A stretch of 24,000 bases of DNA from the NCBI GenBank assembly GCA_964428425.1, contig CAYRYL010000010.1, forward strand, positions 31,346 through 55,345. The letters are read 5' to 3'. Origin of the DNA: an uncultured Anaerolineaceae bacterium. GTDB lineage: Bacteria > Chloroflexota > Anaerolineae > Anaerolineales > Anaerolineaceae. The number at the start of each line of letters is the position of its first letter. Within the stretch, counting starts at the first letter, position 1. The notes under the pieces were generated by a model, which saw only the letters and a list, made by a program, of their open reading frames with translations, searched no databases and was not told the DNA's origin. Positions 14,962-23,496 of this stretch are shown here, piece by piece. The position numbers were made by a program, and so were the translations under genes.

Positions 14962-16011
14962 CTAGTTTTTAGTCCTCAGCATCGATAATAGTCGCTGCCA
15001 ACCTTGTTTAGTGCTAAACTGCCGCAATCGCAATGTGCCCACGATTCCATAAGGCACAAAAATCACGAAGACAACATAGATAGCGCCGGTGATCAGGCTC
15101 GCGGACTCGCCGATAAAACGCCGCAGGGTGAAATCCAGCAGACGAAGGGCAAACGCGCCTACTATCGCGCCGCTGAGAGTTCCAACGCCTCCAATCAGCA
15201 CGATCAGCAGGGCGGTCACGGTGTACCCCAAATCTGCCACCGCTGGACTGATGATGGGCTGGTATAGCGCGTGCAACAAGCCGGCGGTAGAGGCTGTCAG
15301 CGAAGAGATGACCATTGCCACAATCTTGAAAGTGGTAGTGTTGTAGCCAAGCATCTTCGCGCGCCCTTCGTTTTCACGAATGGCGACACAAACCCGACCG
15401 GTCGGGGAGGCAACAAACCGACGGTAGAAAAGATAAGTCGCGACCAGCAGCGTCAGCGCGATTGCGTAGAAACGAAGCCGTTCCGAAACCGGGCTTATAA
15501 ACGCTGGCACAGGTACGCCCTGCAAGCCGACATCCGCTCCTGTAAGGTTGATCATGTCACTGGACATGACAATGATATGGAAGACTGAAGCTAATCCCAG
15601 GCTCACCAGGGTGAAGGTGATGCCCTTTACCCGCGGTAAGACCAGGCTGAAAAGCAGCGCTTGCACGACAGCCGCCAACAGAACCAGCAAGATAACAGCC
15701 CAAAACGGCATTGCTAACACCTTGAGGGAGATGCCGGTTAAATAGGCTGCCACAGCGAAGAACATGGCATGTCCAAAAGACAGCAGCCCGGTGATGCCGA
15801 ACAGAAGGTCAAAACTGAGTGCAAAGAGAGCCAGGATAAAAATTTCAATGCCAAGACCCTCGAGAAATTTGGACATACTGCCCTGGTTGTTCCAGATCAT
15901 GTCTGGTGTTGAACCTTCAAGCAGTCCAATCAATAGAGGTGCAAGCAGCATAACAACGAAAAAGATCAAGATGCCGCGGTTGTTCGTGAGAAAATTTGTG
16001 TTGTTCTTCAT
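14962..16011 (-). CDS. livM: Branched-chain-amino-acid-type (HAAT family) ABC transporter permease, LivM-like
   Basis: 349 aa and polytopic. 'GLLSFGHAMFFAVAAYL' and 'IRENEGRAKMLGYNT' are typical LivM motifs. GAAGGAA precedes the ATG. Confidence 0.88.
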   Translation of the reverse strand: MKNNTNFLTNNRGILIFFVVMLLAPLLIGLLEGSTPDMIWNNQGSMSKFLEGLGIEIFILALFALSFDLLFGITGLLSFGHAMFFAVAAYLTGISLKVLAMPFWAVILLVLLAAVVQALLFSLVLPRVKGITFTLVSLGLASVFHIIVMSSDMINLTGADVGLQGVPVPAFISPVSERLRFYAIALTLLVATYLFYRRFVASPTGRVCVAIRENEGRAKMLGYNTTTFKIVAMVISSLTASTAGLLHALYQPIISPAVADLGYTVTALLIVLIGGVGTLSGAIVGAFALRLLDFTLRRFIGESASLITGAIYVVFVIFVPYGIVGTLRLRQFSTKQGWQRLLSMLRTKN

Positions 16012-16013
16012 GT

Positions 16014-17561
16014 CTATTCCTTCGTTCCCAACAAGCCGCCTGGCAGGATCAGTAAAACAACCACCATCAGCAACACCGTGGAAGCGGGCACAAGCGGCGG
16101 GGAAGGTTTAAACACGGCATCTGTAAATGGCAGGGGAATGCCGATTTGACCGTATTTGATCATGAACTGTTGGATCAGTCCCACAAGAAGCGAGCCTAAT
16201 GCCGCACCCGGGAAACTAGTCAGACCGCCAATCGCGAGGGCGATCAATGCACTCAAGAGTAATCTCTCTCCCATGGTGGGGGAAAGACCGGAAGATGGCG
16301 CTGCCAATGCGCCACCAAAAGCCGCCAATCCCACACCCAACGCGAATACCAGTGTGAACACCCTTCTTACATTGATGCCAAGCGCTTCAACCATCTGGCG
16401 GTCCTGCACACCAGCACGTATGATCATTCCAATCCGCGACCGTTTGAGCAGGATCCATACCAAAATCAGCACGATGATGCCAACGATAGGAATAAAGATT
16501 TCATCATAGACCCTGACCCGACCACCCAATAGCAACACAGTAGAGCAGTGGTTATCAAACAGGTCAGCCAGGTTTGTGGCCGGGCACGCCCCGCCGGTCC
16601 CAGTAAAGAACTCTGGTTTGGGCCAGACAAATTCTGGTCTGCCCCAAACGGCTTGCACAATCTGCAGACCAATGGTCCCTAAACCTAGCGTGAGCATAAG
16701 TTGGTAAATGGGACGGTTATAGAGCGGGCGGATGAGCGTGGTCTCCATTAGTGCGCCCAACCCCACACCACTCATAATGGCAACGATGATAGCAATGACG
16801 AAGAGCAGGTTGGTGCTGATTCCGAACATCCAGCCAGTGATTTGTACATTAAACACGACCACCAGGATGCCAACAAGCAGCAATAAGCCAGGCGCAAGGT
16901 ACTTGCGCCAGGTCAGCGTTTGTGATTTATTCTCATCACGGTTAAGCAGGGCAAGACCAAAAGCCGAAATCGCGCTGGCAGCTAAGAGCCCTGCAATCCC
17001 CAGGAAAGGAGAGATCTCCGTAAAACTTGCCTCGGGAGGAATGATCCGCAATCCCTGATCAGCCATATACGAGTAGGAAATTGGACTCTCAGCATAGTTG
17101 TTCAGGTCCCAACTTGCAATGGGATATCGTGTCAGTGTTAATGCAAGCAGCCCAAAACCCGCCAGGACCAAGACCCAGGCAACTAATTTTCGGGCTTTTG
17201 GCGCCAGGTGAATCAAACCAGCCAGGCGTCCCCAAAGAGCAGACAAAGAAAACCCAGCGAGGATCAACAGAACCGGGGTCAGCACATCTACAAAAGTATC
17301 AGGGCGCACATACACAGTCCATCCCACATAGGCGCCAATCATATAGAGAGTACCTTGGGCAAGGTTGAGCACATCCAGCAAGCCAAATATCAGAGAGAAG
17401 CCGGCAGCCACCAAAAAAGTAACCGAGCCGACGGAGAACCCGCGCAAGACGGTAATGAGTACATCCTTGCCAGACATCCCCTGGGCAGCCACAATCAGGA
17501 AACCCGCAATAATGACAAGAATAATGATTGCTTTGGAGTTTTTTCGTAAATTCGTTTTCAT
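16014..17561 (-). CDS. livH: HAAT-family ABC transporter permease, LivH-like, with a large internal insertion
   Basis: LivH-like blocks are 'FGLLDVLNLAQGTLYMIGAYVGW', 'LIRPLYNRPIYQLMLTLGLGTIGLQ' and 'RAGVQDRQMVEALGINV'. At 515 aa it is well above the ~300 aa I expect for this family. Confidence 0.85.
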   Translation of the reverse strand: MKTNLRKNSKAIIILVIIAGFLIVAAQGMSGKDVLITVLRGFSVGSVTFLVAAGFSLIFGLLDVLNLAQGTLYMIGAYVGWTVYVRPDTFVDVLTPVLLILAGFSLSALWGRLAGLIHLAPKARKLVAWVLVLAGFGLLALTLTRYPIASWDLNNYAESPISYSYMADQGLRIIPPEASFTEISPFLGIAGLLAASAISAFGLALLNRDENKSQTLTWRKYLAPGLLLLVGILVVVFNVQITGWMFGISTNLLFVIAIIVAIMSGVGLGALMETTLIRPLYNRPIYQLMLTLGLGTIGLQIVQAVWGRPEFVWPKPEFFTGTGGACPATNLADLFDNHCSTVLLLGGRVRVYDEIFIPIVGIIVLILVWILLKRSRIGMIIRAGVQDRQMVEALGINVRRVFTLVFALGVGLAAFGGALAAPSSGLSPTMGERLLLSALIALAIGGLTSFPGAALGSLLVGLIQQFMIKYGQIGIPLPFTDAVFKPSPPLVPASTVLLMVVVLLILPGGLLGTKE

Positions 17562-17569
17562 AGTCAGAC

Positions 17570-18274
17570 CTATGCCGCTCCAAGGTAACGATGGATCATG
17601 GCTTTGTCCGCTTCCAGGTCTTTCATCAACCCGGATGCGACGGACTTTCCCTCTTCGATTATTACGAAGTATTTTGCTAACTTGCTCGCCACGAGGAAGT
17701 TCTGTTCCACCAATATTACCGTGCTCTGCTCGGATAACTGGCGAATGACGTCAATCATATGTTCGATGATAACTGGCGCGAGCCCCTCACTGGGCTCGTC
17801 GATCAGGAGCAGGCTGTTATCTGCCACCAATGCCCGGGCAATTGACAGCATTTGCTGCTGCCCGCCGGAAAGCGCAGTGCCTCCCAGATTTATGAACTTT
17901 TTTAGATCAGGGAATAGGTCAAAAATAAAGGTGCGCTTTCTATCAAGGTCGCCCTTATTTCTCTCTGCGATTTTCAGGTTTTCCTCAACTGATAAGTCTC
18001 TAAAGATCACGCGATGCTCCGGGACGAAACCGATACCGAGTGCCGCGATCTCAAATGGCGGCATGCCCTGGACTTCCTTGCCCTCAAAAATTACTTTCCC
18101 TTCACGCACAGACGCAAGACCCAGGATGGATTTCAGGGTGGTTGTCTTACCAGCACCGTTGCGACCAAGGAGTGCTGTAACCGCACCCTGGGGAACTACA
18201 AAATCAACATTCTGCAGGATATGATACTGGTTGATAAAGGAATGGATGTTCTTTACCTCGAGAATATTACTCAT
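17570..18274 (-). CDS. livF: HAAT-family ABC transporter ATP-binding protein, LivF-like
   Basis: Walker A 'GRNGAGKTT', signature 'LSGGQQQML' and Walker B 'LLLIDEPSEGL'. The protein is 234 aa. Confidence 0.9.
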   Translation of the reverse strand: MSNILEVKNIHSFINQYHILQNVDFVVPQGAVTALLGRNGAGKTTTLKSILGLASVREGKVIFEGKEVQGMPPFEIAALGIGFVPEHRVIFRDLSVEENLKIAERNKGDLDRKRTFIFDLFPDLKKFINLGGTALSGGQQQMLSIARALVADNSLLLIDEPSEGLAPVIIEHMIDVIRQLSEQSTVILVEQNFLVASKLAKYFVIIEEGKSVASGLMKDLEADKAMIHRYLGAA

Positions 18275-18324
18275 ACTATCTCCATTCCCAATAATTTCTA
18301 TTTATTTGCTGCAAGAGAACACTC

Positions 18325-19098
18325 CTATAAGTTAAGGTCATAGAGTCCTCCAAGATATGCAGTTTGCACATCGTGATTCGCTGCAATTTCAGCAGGGGTA
18401 CCCTGCGCGAGGACCTTGCCCTGGTGCATGACGGTGATCATATCCGATACCCTCATAACCACATTCATGTTGTGTTCTACCAAAATAACCGTTTTTGTAC
18501 CGGATTGTTGAACTTCCTGGATCAGGGTAATCAACTCAGGCACCTGTTCAGTAGCCAAGCCGGCCGTTGGCTCGTCCAGAAGCAGCAATTCGGGATCAGG
18601 CGCGAGGATCATTCCAAGCTCCAGTTTGCGCTGATCTCCATGCGAAAGCACTCTCGCTGGCTGAAATGCTTGTGATTTCAACCCAACTTTTTCAACGACT
18701 TCAATAGTACGCGCTTCACAGCGATCCATTTTTGCGGTATCCATCAGGAAGCGAAAATTTTTGCCCTCCATTGCTTGTGAAGCCAGGCGGATATTTTCGT
18801 GTACCGTCAAATTGGGGAAGATATTGGTGATCTGAAAAGAGCGACCCATCCCAAGATGTATCATGCGGTGGACTGGCTTGCCGGTCAGGTCCATGCCTTT
18901 ATAAAACACCTTGCCGCTGGTGGGCTTTAAGTTCCCGCTCAACAGATTGAAAAAGGTGGTCTTTCCAGCGCCATTGGGTCCAATGATGGCATGCAAGGTG
19001 CCGGCTTCGATCTTGATACTGACGTCGTCCACCGCCGCCAAGGCACCAAAATACTTGGTCAGATTTTGCGTTTCAATAATAGTCTCTCGTGCCGCCAT
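18325..19098 (-). CDS. livG: HAAT-family ABC transporter ATP-binding protein, LivG-like
   Basis: Walker A 'GPNGAGKTTFFN', signature 'LSHGDQRKLE' and Walker B 'LLLLDEPTAGL'. The protein is 257 aa. Confidence 0.9.
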   Translation of the reverse strand: MAARETIIETQNLTKYFGALAAVDDVSIKIEAGTLHAIIGPNGAGKTTFFNLLSGNLKPTSGKVFYKGMDLTGKPVHRMIHLGMGRSFQITNIFPNLTVHENIRLASQAMEGKNFRFLMDTAKMDRCEARTIEVVEKVGLKSQAFQPARVLSHGDQRKLELGMILAPDPELLLLDEPTAGLATEQVPELITLIQEVQQSGTKTVILVEHNMNVVMRVSDMITVMHQGKVLAQGTPAEIAANHDVQTAYLGGLYDLNL

Positions 19099-19140
19099 AA
19101 TAACTCACTTCTCTACTTGATTTGCGGACTTTGCGAAGGT

Positions 19141-19181
19141 AAAACAGTGTCCCTGGAAGCCCGCAAAGCCTCCAGGGACAC
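19141..19181 (-). terminator. Intercistronic hairpin/attenuator between the binding-protein and ATPase genes
   Basis: GTGTCCCTGGA (19147-19157) pairs with TCCAGGGACAC (19171-19181): 11 bp with a 13-nt loop. On the minus strand it is followed by UGUUUUACCUU. Confidence 0.55.
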
Positions 19182-19195
19182 GCATTCACAAAAGA

Positions 19196-20599
19196 TTACT
19201 TGCCGGACAGGCTGCCGATTGGCAGATCACCGCAGCGGCTCTGCAGAGCTTCGGGAAGCAAGCAGGGGGGCTCGGGGCGGGTGGTATCAACAAAGGAGTA
19301 GTAGTTACCGGTAGGATCGGTAACATTCTCGAGCTTGAGAATGTACATATCCTGGATGGCAACGTGGTCTTCGGGGCGAATGCTTATGGTGCCCTTGGGT
19401 CCTTCGAACTCAAGACCTTCCATCGCGGCGATTAATGTGGCGGGGGTGACATCGCCATTGGTCTTCTTGAGGGTCTCAACAATCATGATGGCGGCGTTAA
19501 AACCGTCAGCATCGAAGAGATCAGGATAGACGCCGTAACGACCGCTGGCTTCAGCCACGAGGAAATCGTTGATGGCGTTCTTGGGAGCAGACCAGTGGTA
19601 GAGGATACCAGCAGTGGTGCCGATAGCGTTGCCATAGAAGACTGGGGTCAGCATGTTATCGATGAAAGTGGTACCGAGTTCCATGGTTTCAGTGACGCCT
19701 TGGTCCTTGGCAGCCTGGACGAGGGAGATAAAGCCTGCGCCAGCCCAGGAAACGATGTAGGCTTCTGCGCCGGAGGCAGCGATCTGCTCCATGTAAGGAG
19801 TGAACTCACCGGTGGTGGCAGGAGCAAAGATGTCATCAGCTACGAATGTGCCGCCATCCAGGGTGCAGGCATCGCGGAAAGCTTCAGCGGAGCCGTGCCC
19901 AAAGGCATAGTCAGCGGCGATCTGGATGAAAGATTTGTATTTGGCTGTGAGAGCTTTACACTCATTGATGGCGTCCTGGTAGTTGTTGCGGGAGGTTCGG
20001 AAGGTGAACTCATTAAAATCCTTGCCAGTGATATCGTTGGCTGCAGCAGGTGCCACAATTAATGGAATTTCATTGGCAAGGGCAATACCCTGCAAAACAG
20101 CAGTGGTGCCAGAGGAGGCGGTGCCGACCAGTAAATCAACCTTCTGGATGTCAATCAGTTCGTTCGCAACGGTGGTTGTGGTCTCGGGAACACTAGTGTC
20201 ATCACGCACAATTACCTGGATTTCGCAATCGTCAATTTTGAAAGTGCTTTCCTGGGCATTAGCAAAATTAAAGACAGGACCAGCGGTCCCTTCAGCACCA
20301 GTCGCGTATTCCATACCGAGCATGAACCCGCGTTGAATCATGGCACCGTAGATTGCATAACCACCAGTGATATCAGTGATTAAACCAACTTTGATAGGTT
20401 CAGCACAAGTCAAACCAGCTGCAGGCTCTTCGGTGGCGACTGGTTCCTCAGTTACCACGGGCTCTTCGGTTGCCACAGGAGCCTCGGTTGCCACGGGGGG
20501 TTCTGTGACGACGGGAGCCGCAGTGGGTTGGGCGCATGCACCCAGGACCATGCTAGCGACGAGCAGCATGGCTAAGACAAAAAACATCGACTTTTTCAT
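19196..20599 (-). CDS. Type-I periplasmic-binding-fold (LivJ/K-like) ABC substrate-binding lipoprotein
   Basis: The signal and lipobox are 'MKKSMFFVLAMLLVASMVLGAC', followed by a Pro/Thr/Glu linker. 'IKVGLITDITGGYAIYG' is typical of the Peripla_BP_6 family. AAGGAGA lies 5 nt before the ATG. Confidence 0.88.
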   Translation of the reverse strand: MKKSMFFVLAMLLVASMVLGACAQPTAAPVVTEPPVATEAPVATEEPVVTEEPVATEEPAAGLTCAEPIKVGLITDITGGYAIYGAMIQRGFMLGMEYATGAEGTAGPVFNFANAQESTFKIDDCEIQVIVRDDTSVPETTTTVANELIDIQKVDLLVGTASSGTTAVLQGIALANEIPLIVAPAAANDITGKDFNEFTFRTSRNNYQDAINECKALTAKYKSFIQIAADYAFGHGSAEAFRDACTLDGGTFVADDIFAPATTGEFTPYMEQIAASGAEAYIVSWAGAGFISLVQAAKDQGVTETMELGTTFIDNMLTPVFYGNAIGTTAGILYHWSAPKNAINDFLVAEASGRYGVYPDLFDADGFNAAIMIVETLKKTNGDVTPATLIAAMEGLEFEGPKGTISIRPEDHVAIQDMYILKLENVTDPTGNYYSFVDTTRPEPPCLLPEALQSRCGDLPIGSLSGK

Positions 20600-20668
20600 T
20601 TTTTCTCCTTGTAATTAGTCGTTTAATGATTGCCGGCGGCAAATTTGCCGCTGACTTTCTTAATAAAG

Positions 20669-21472
20669 TTAGCCCCGTCCACTGTGTTTCAACACAAAGC
20701 CCAAGAGCAGCGTGTTGAGTGGTTCGGGTTTATCCAGGCAGAGCGCGTGCCCTGCTCTGGGGACAACCACATACTCAACTTGCGGAATCCGCGCCACCAT
20801 TATCTCTGCCATCTTGCGTCCCTTGATCTGGTCTTCCTCCCCTACCACGATCAAAGTCGGACAGGTTATCTGGTTCAATTGTTCCGTGATGTTATAAGTC
20901 CTAAACGCGTCCATCAGTTTTACAAAAGACGTCAGATTCAGTTTGGCAAAATTGGCATGCGCCGCAGGCAGCAAAGCAGCGTTTTTCTTCAGATATTCCT
21001 CTCCAAAGTTGAGGAATACTGAAGTGTGGAACAGTAAGTCCGCATCATTGCGTTCTCCCGCAAGCTTCCACGGATAGGATTGCAATTCCAGCAAGAGGGG
21101 CACTTCAGAGACGCCATCAATCACCATCAGACTTTTGGTTTTCTCAGGGTACCGCAGGGCAAAAACCAAACTCACCTCAGAGCCATAAGAAATGCCCGCA
21201 ACGTGAGCTTTTTCAATCCCAAGCGCATCCAGCAATCCCGCCAGGTCATCGGCATGTAATTCCATCGAGTACGGACCTTCAGGATGGTCGGACTGCCACA
21301 TTCCTCTACAATCATACAGCAGAACACGGAAGTGCTTGGAAAGCGCTTGTGTCTGGAAATACCAGCTGGCAGTGCTCATCATGATTCCGTTTGTAAGCAC
21401 AATCACGTCCCCGTCTTCGGGTCCGTGCAATTCGTAATAGAGATTGATGCTGTTAACGGCGATCCTTGGCAT
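20669..21472 (-). CDS. Alpha/beta-fold hydrolase
   Basis: Nucleophile elbow 'AGISYGSEV' (GxSxG), N-terminal 'VIVLTNGIMMS' and a C-terminal 'RAGHAL' His. The protein is 267 aa. Confidence 0.85.
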   Translation of the reverse strand: MPRIAVNSINLYYELHGPEDGDVIVLTNGIMMSTASWYFQTQALSKHFRVLLYDCRGMWQSDHPEGPYSMELHADDLAGLLDALGIEKAHVAGISYGSEVSLVFALRYPEKTKSLMVIDGVSEVPLLLELQSYPWKLAGERNDADLLFHTSVFLNFGEEYLKKNAALLPAAHANFAKLNLTSFVKLMDAFRTYNITEQLNQITCPTLIVVGEEDQIKGRKMAEIMVARIPQVEYVVVPRAGHALCLDKPEPLNTLLLGFVLKHSGRG

Positions 21473-21484
21473 TGTTACGATCCT

Positions 21485-21901
21485 TTATGCAGGCTCAAAC
21501 GCGAGGTATTTTTTTGCGGATTCACCCTCGCCACGGACGATAAAGGTCTGTTTAAGGGGTAAACCCACTTTGATGGCGGCGGGTTCGCTCAAGTCCAGAC
21601 CAACAATTTGAGCGCTGATGCGCGGACCTTCCTCGAGCGCCACGATCCCAACACAGTAGGGGTTTTTGGCGTTGTATCCAGCATCCGCCATGCTCGTCGG
21701 GGGAACATAGATTACAGTGAACGTTGCCAGGGTGCCTTTTCCGGCTGTGTGGATACGTTCCACCTGGCTTGAATGGCAGCGTGGGCAGAGTTGGCGCTGT
21801 GGGACCGAGATGTTACCGCAGGCGAGGCAGCGGGATCCGATCAAGATGTCTTCCGCTATCGCCTGGTTGTAAGCTTTAGTGTGTAAGGCTTGGTCTGTCA
21901 T
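21485..21901 (-). CDS. DUF35 Zn-ribbon/OB-fold protein (thiolase partner)
   Basis: The four-Cys ribbon is 'CLACGNISVPQRQLCPRCHS', followed by an OB-fold-like region. I prefer ATG 21901 ('MTDQALH'), preceded by GAGGA within the thiolase 3' end, over track start 21958, which would overlap the thiolase gene by 56 nt. Confidence 0.82.
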   Translation of the reverse strand: MTDQALHTKAYNQAIAEDILIGSRCLACGNISVPQRQLCPRCHSSQVERIHTAGKGTLATFTVIYVPPTSMADAGYNAKNPYCVGIVALEEGPRISAQIVGLDLSEPAAIKVGLPLKQTFIVRGEGESAKKYLAFEPA

Positions 21902-21902
21902 C

Positions 21903-23165
21903 TTAGTTCCTCTTTTCAAAAATGTGCACCACACAGGTCTGCCCGGTGCCGCCCACATTATGGGTCAGGGCATATCTTAGGTTGCCTCGCAACTGGCGTT
22001 CTCCCCCAAGACCATGCATCTGCTTCCAAACTTCCACCACCTGCCCCACCCCGGAGGCACCAACTGGATGCCCCTTGGACTTCAAGCCGCCGCTGGTGTT
22101 AATAGGGTGACTGCCCGCACGAGAGGTTTTCCCCTCCATAGCCGCCTTCCAGCCTTCACCGCGAGGGAAGAAGCCCAGATCTTCGGTTGCCATGATCTCA
22201 GCGATCGTGAAGCAGTCGTGGACCTCCGCAAAATCGATATCCTCAGGAGTTATCTCCGCCATTTCGTAGGCACGTGCTGAGGCTTTTGCCGCGGCTGGCA
22301 CTTCGCTCAGAGAAGCTCTCTCAGCCAGGGTGCCGTCGCTTGCCTGCCCCGAACCTACCACGAATAGCGGCTGATCGGTGAAATTTGCCGCCAGCTCCTC
22401 GCTCACCAACAGAACCGCTGCGGCTCCATCAGATACCGGAGAGCAATCAAACAGGCGCAGAGGCCAGGCTATCATCGGATTTGACTTTGGGTCTTTGAGG
22501 AAAGCCATTTCATCTTCCCACTGTGGAATTGGTAGTCCCTTTTGCTCAGCTTTGCGTTGTTTGCTGACCATCACGTCTTTGATTGTCTGATTAAACTGGG
22601 CTTTTTCGTTCAACGCCCCGTTTTCGTGGTTTTTGATAGCTACACGCAGGAGCGCGTCGGGGTCGGCTTTGTATTGGTCCAGGTAAGCAGTTGCCATGGC
22701 GGCATAAAAGCCGGGAAATGTGAAGCCAGCTGGGATTTCAAACAGCGAATCCGCTGCCAGCGCTAACGCGTCGGTGACCTTTGCTCCAGGCAGGTCGGTC
22801 ATTTTTTCAAGACCACCCACCAGCACCATATCCACTTCCCCCGAAGCAATTGCCAGCACGCCCTGCCGCAACGCCACACCGCCGCTGGCACACGCATCTT
22901 CGATGCGGGTGCTCGCAACTGGTGAGAGCCCCACCCAGCTCGCCACGATCGGAGCCAGGTGAGCCTGGTTCTCGAAATGGTCAGAGGTGAAGTTGCCCAT
23001 ATAGAAGGCTTCGATATCTTTGGGATCAAAACCCTTTTGAACACTCTGCCGCAATTCCTGAAAAGCCTCAACGAATAAATCCCGCGAAGTTTTATCGGGG
23101 AATACGCCAAATTTGCTCATCCCCACACCAACAACGGCTACCCCCCGTGATAACTTCTTCGCCAT
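21903..23165 (-). CDS. SCP-x/nonspecific-lipid-transfer-type thiolase domain protein
   Basis: 'VAVVGVGMSKFG', the nucleophile 'EDACASGG' and 'NTSGGLKSKGHPVGASG'. The protein is 420 aa and is paired with a DUF35 gene. Confidence 0.9.
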   Translation of the reverse strand: MAKKLSRGVAVVGVGMSKFGVFPDKTSRDLFVEAFQELRQSVQKGFDPKDIEAFYMGNFTSDHFENQAHLAPIVASWVGLSPVASTRIEDACASGGVALRQGVLAIASGEVDMVLVGGLEKMTDLPGAKVTDALALAADSLFEIPAGFTFPGFYAAMATAYLDQYKADPDALLRVAIKNHENGALNEKAQFNQTIKDVMVSKQRKAEQKGLPIPQWEDEMAFLKDPKSNPMIAWPLRLFDCSPVSDGAAAVLLVSEELAANFTDQPLFVVGSGQASDGTLAERASLSEVPAAAKASARAYEMAEITPEDIDFAEVHDCFTIAEIMATEDLGFFPRGEGWKAAMEGKTSRAGSHPINTSGGLKSKGHPVGASGVGQVVEVWKQMHGLGGERQLRGNLRYALTHNVGGTGQTCVVHIFEKRN

Positions 23166-23168
23166 ACC

Positions 23169-23486
23169 CTACTCCTCTTCCTTAATATAAGTCACGCCAG
23201 CCTGTGAGTCGGTCGGTCTGGCGTGCTCGCCAGCTGTTACCAGGTTCATTTTGAGCAAGTTACCTTCTACTTGATAACGGCCTTCATACTTTCCGACCAA
23301 GCCAAAAGCGTGCTTCTGCTGGTCCATATCGATCAGCCCGTTTTCTGCCTGCCAGGTGCCGCTCGAAACAATTCCCAGGGCATCATAGCGCGCTTCAAAA
23401 TTGCCATCATCGAGGAATGCAAAGAATAAACCGGGGTAAGGCTGATCTTCGGTTTGTGTCCACTTGCCAAGCAATGATTTATCCAT
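23169..23486 (-). CDS. Small hypothetical protein (possibly lipocalin-like)
   Basis: The 105-aa ORF is tightly packed, 3 nt from the thiolase start and 10 nt after the CoA-transferase stop. 'LLGKWTQTE' resembles the GxW start of lipocalin-like domains. The family assignment is uncertain. Confidence 0.6.
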   Translation of the reverse strand: MDKSLLGKWTQTEDQPYPGLFFAFLDDGNFEARYDALGIVSSGTWQAENGLIDMDQQKHAFGLVGKYEGRYQVEGNLLKMNLVTAGEHARPTDSQAGVTYIKEEE

Positions 23487-23496
23487 TTAGCTCCTG

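Noticed and set aside
17598-18224. 208-aa plus-strand ORF
   Set aside because: It is antisense to the LivF-like ATPase, whose Walker A, signature and Walker B motifs are unambiguous on the minus strand.
19595-20336. Plus-strand ORFs of 155 and 117 aa
   Set aside because: They are antisense to the substrate-binding-protein gene and are shadow ORFs.
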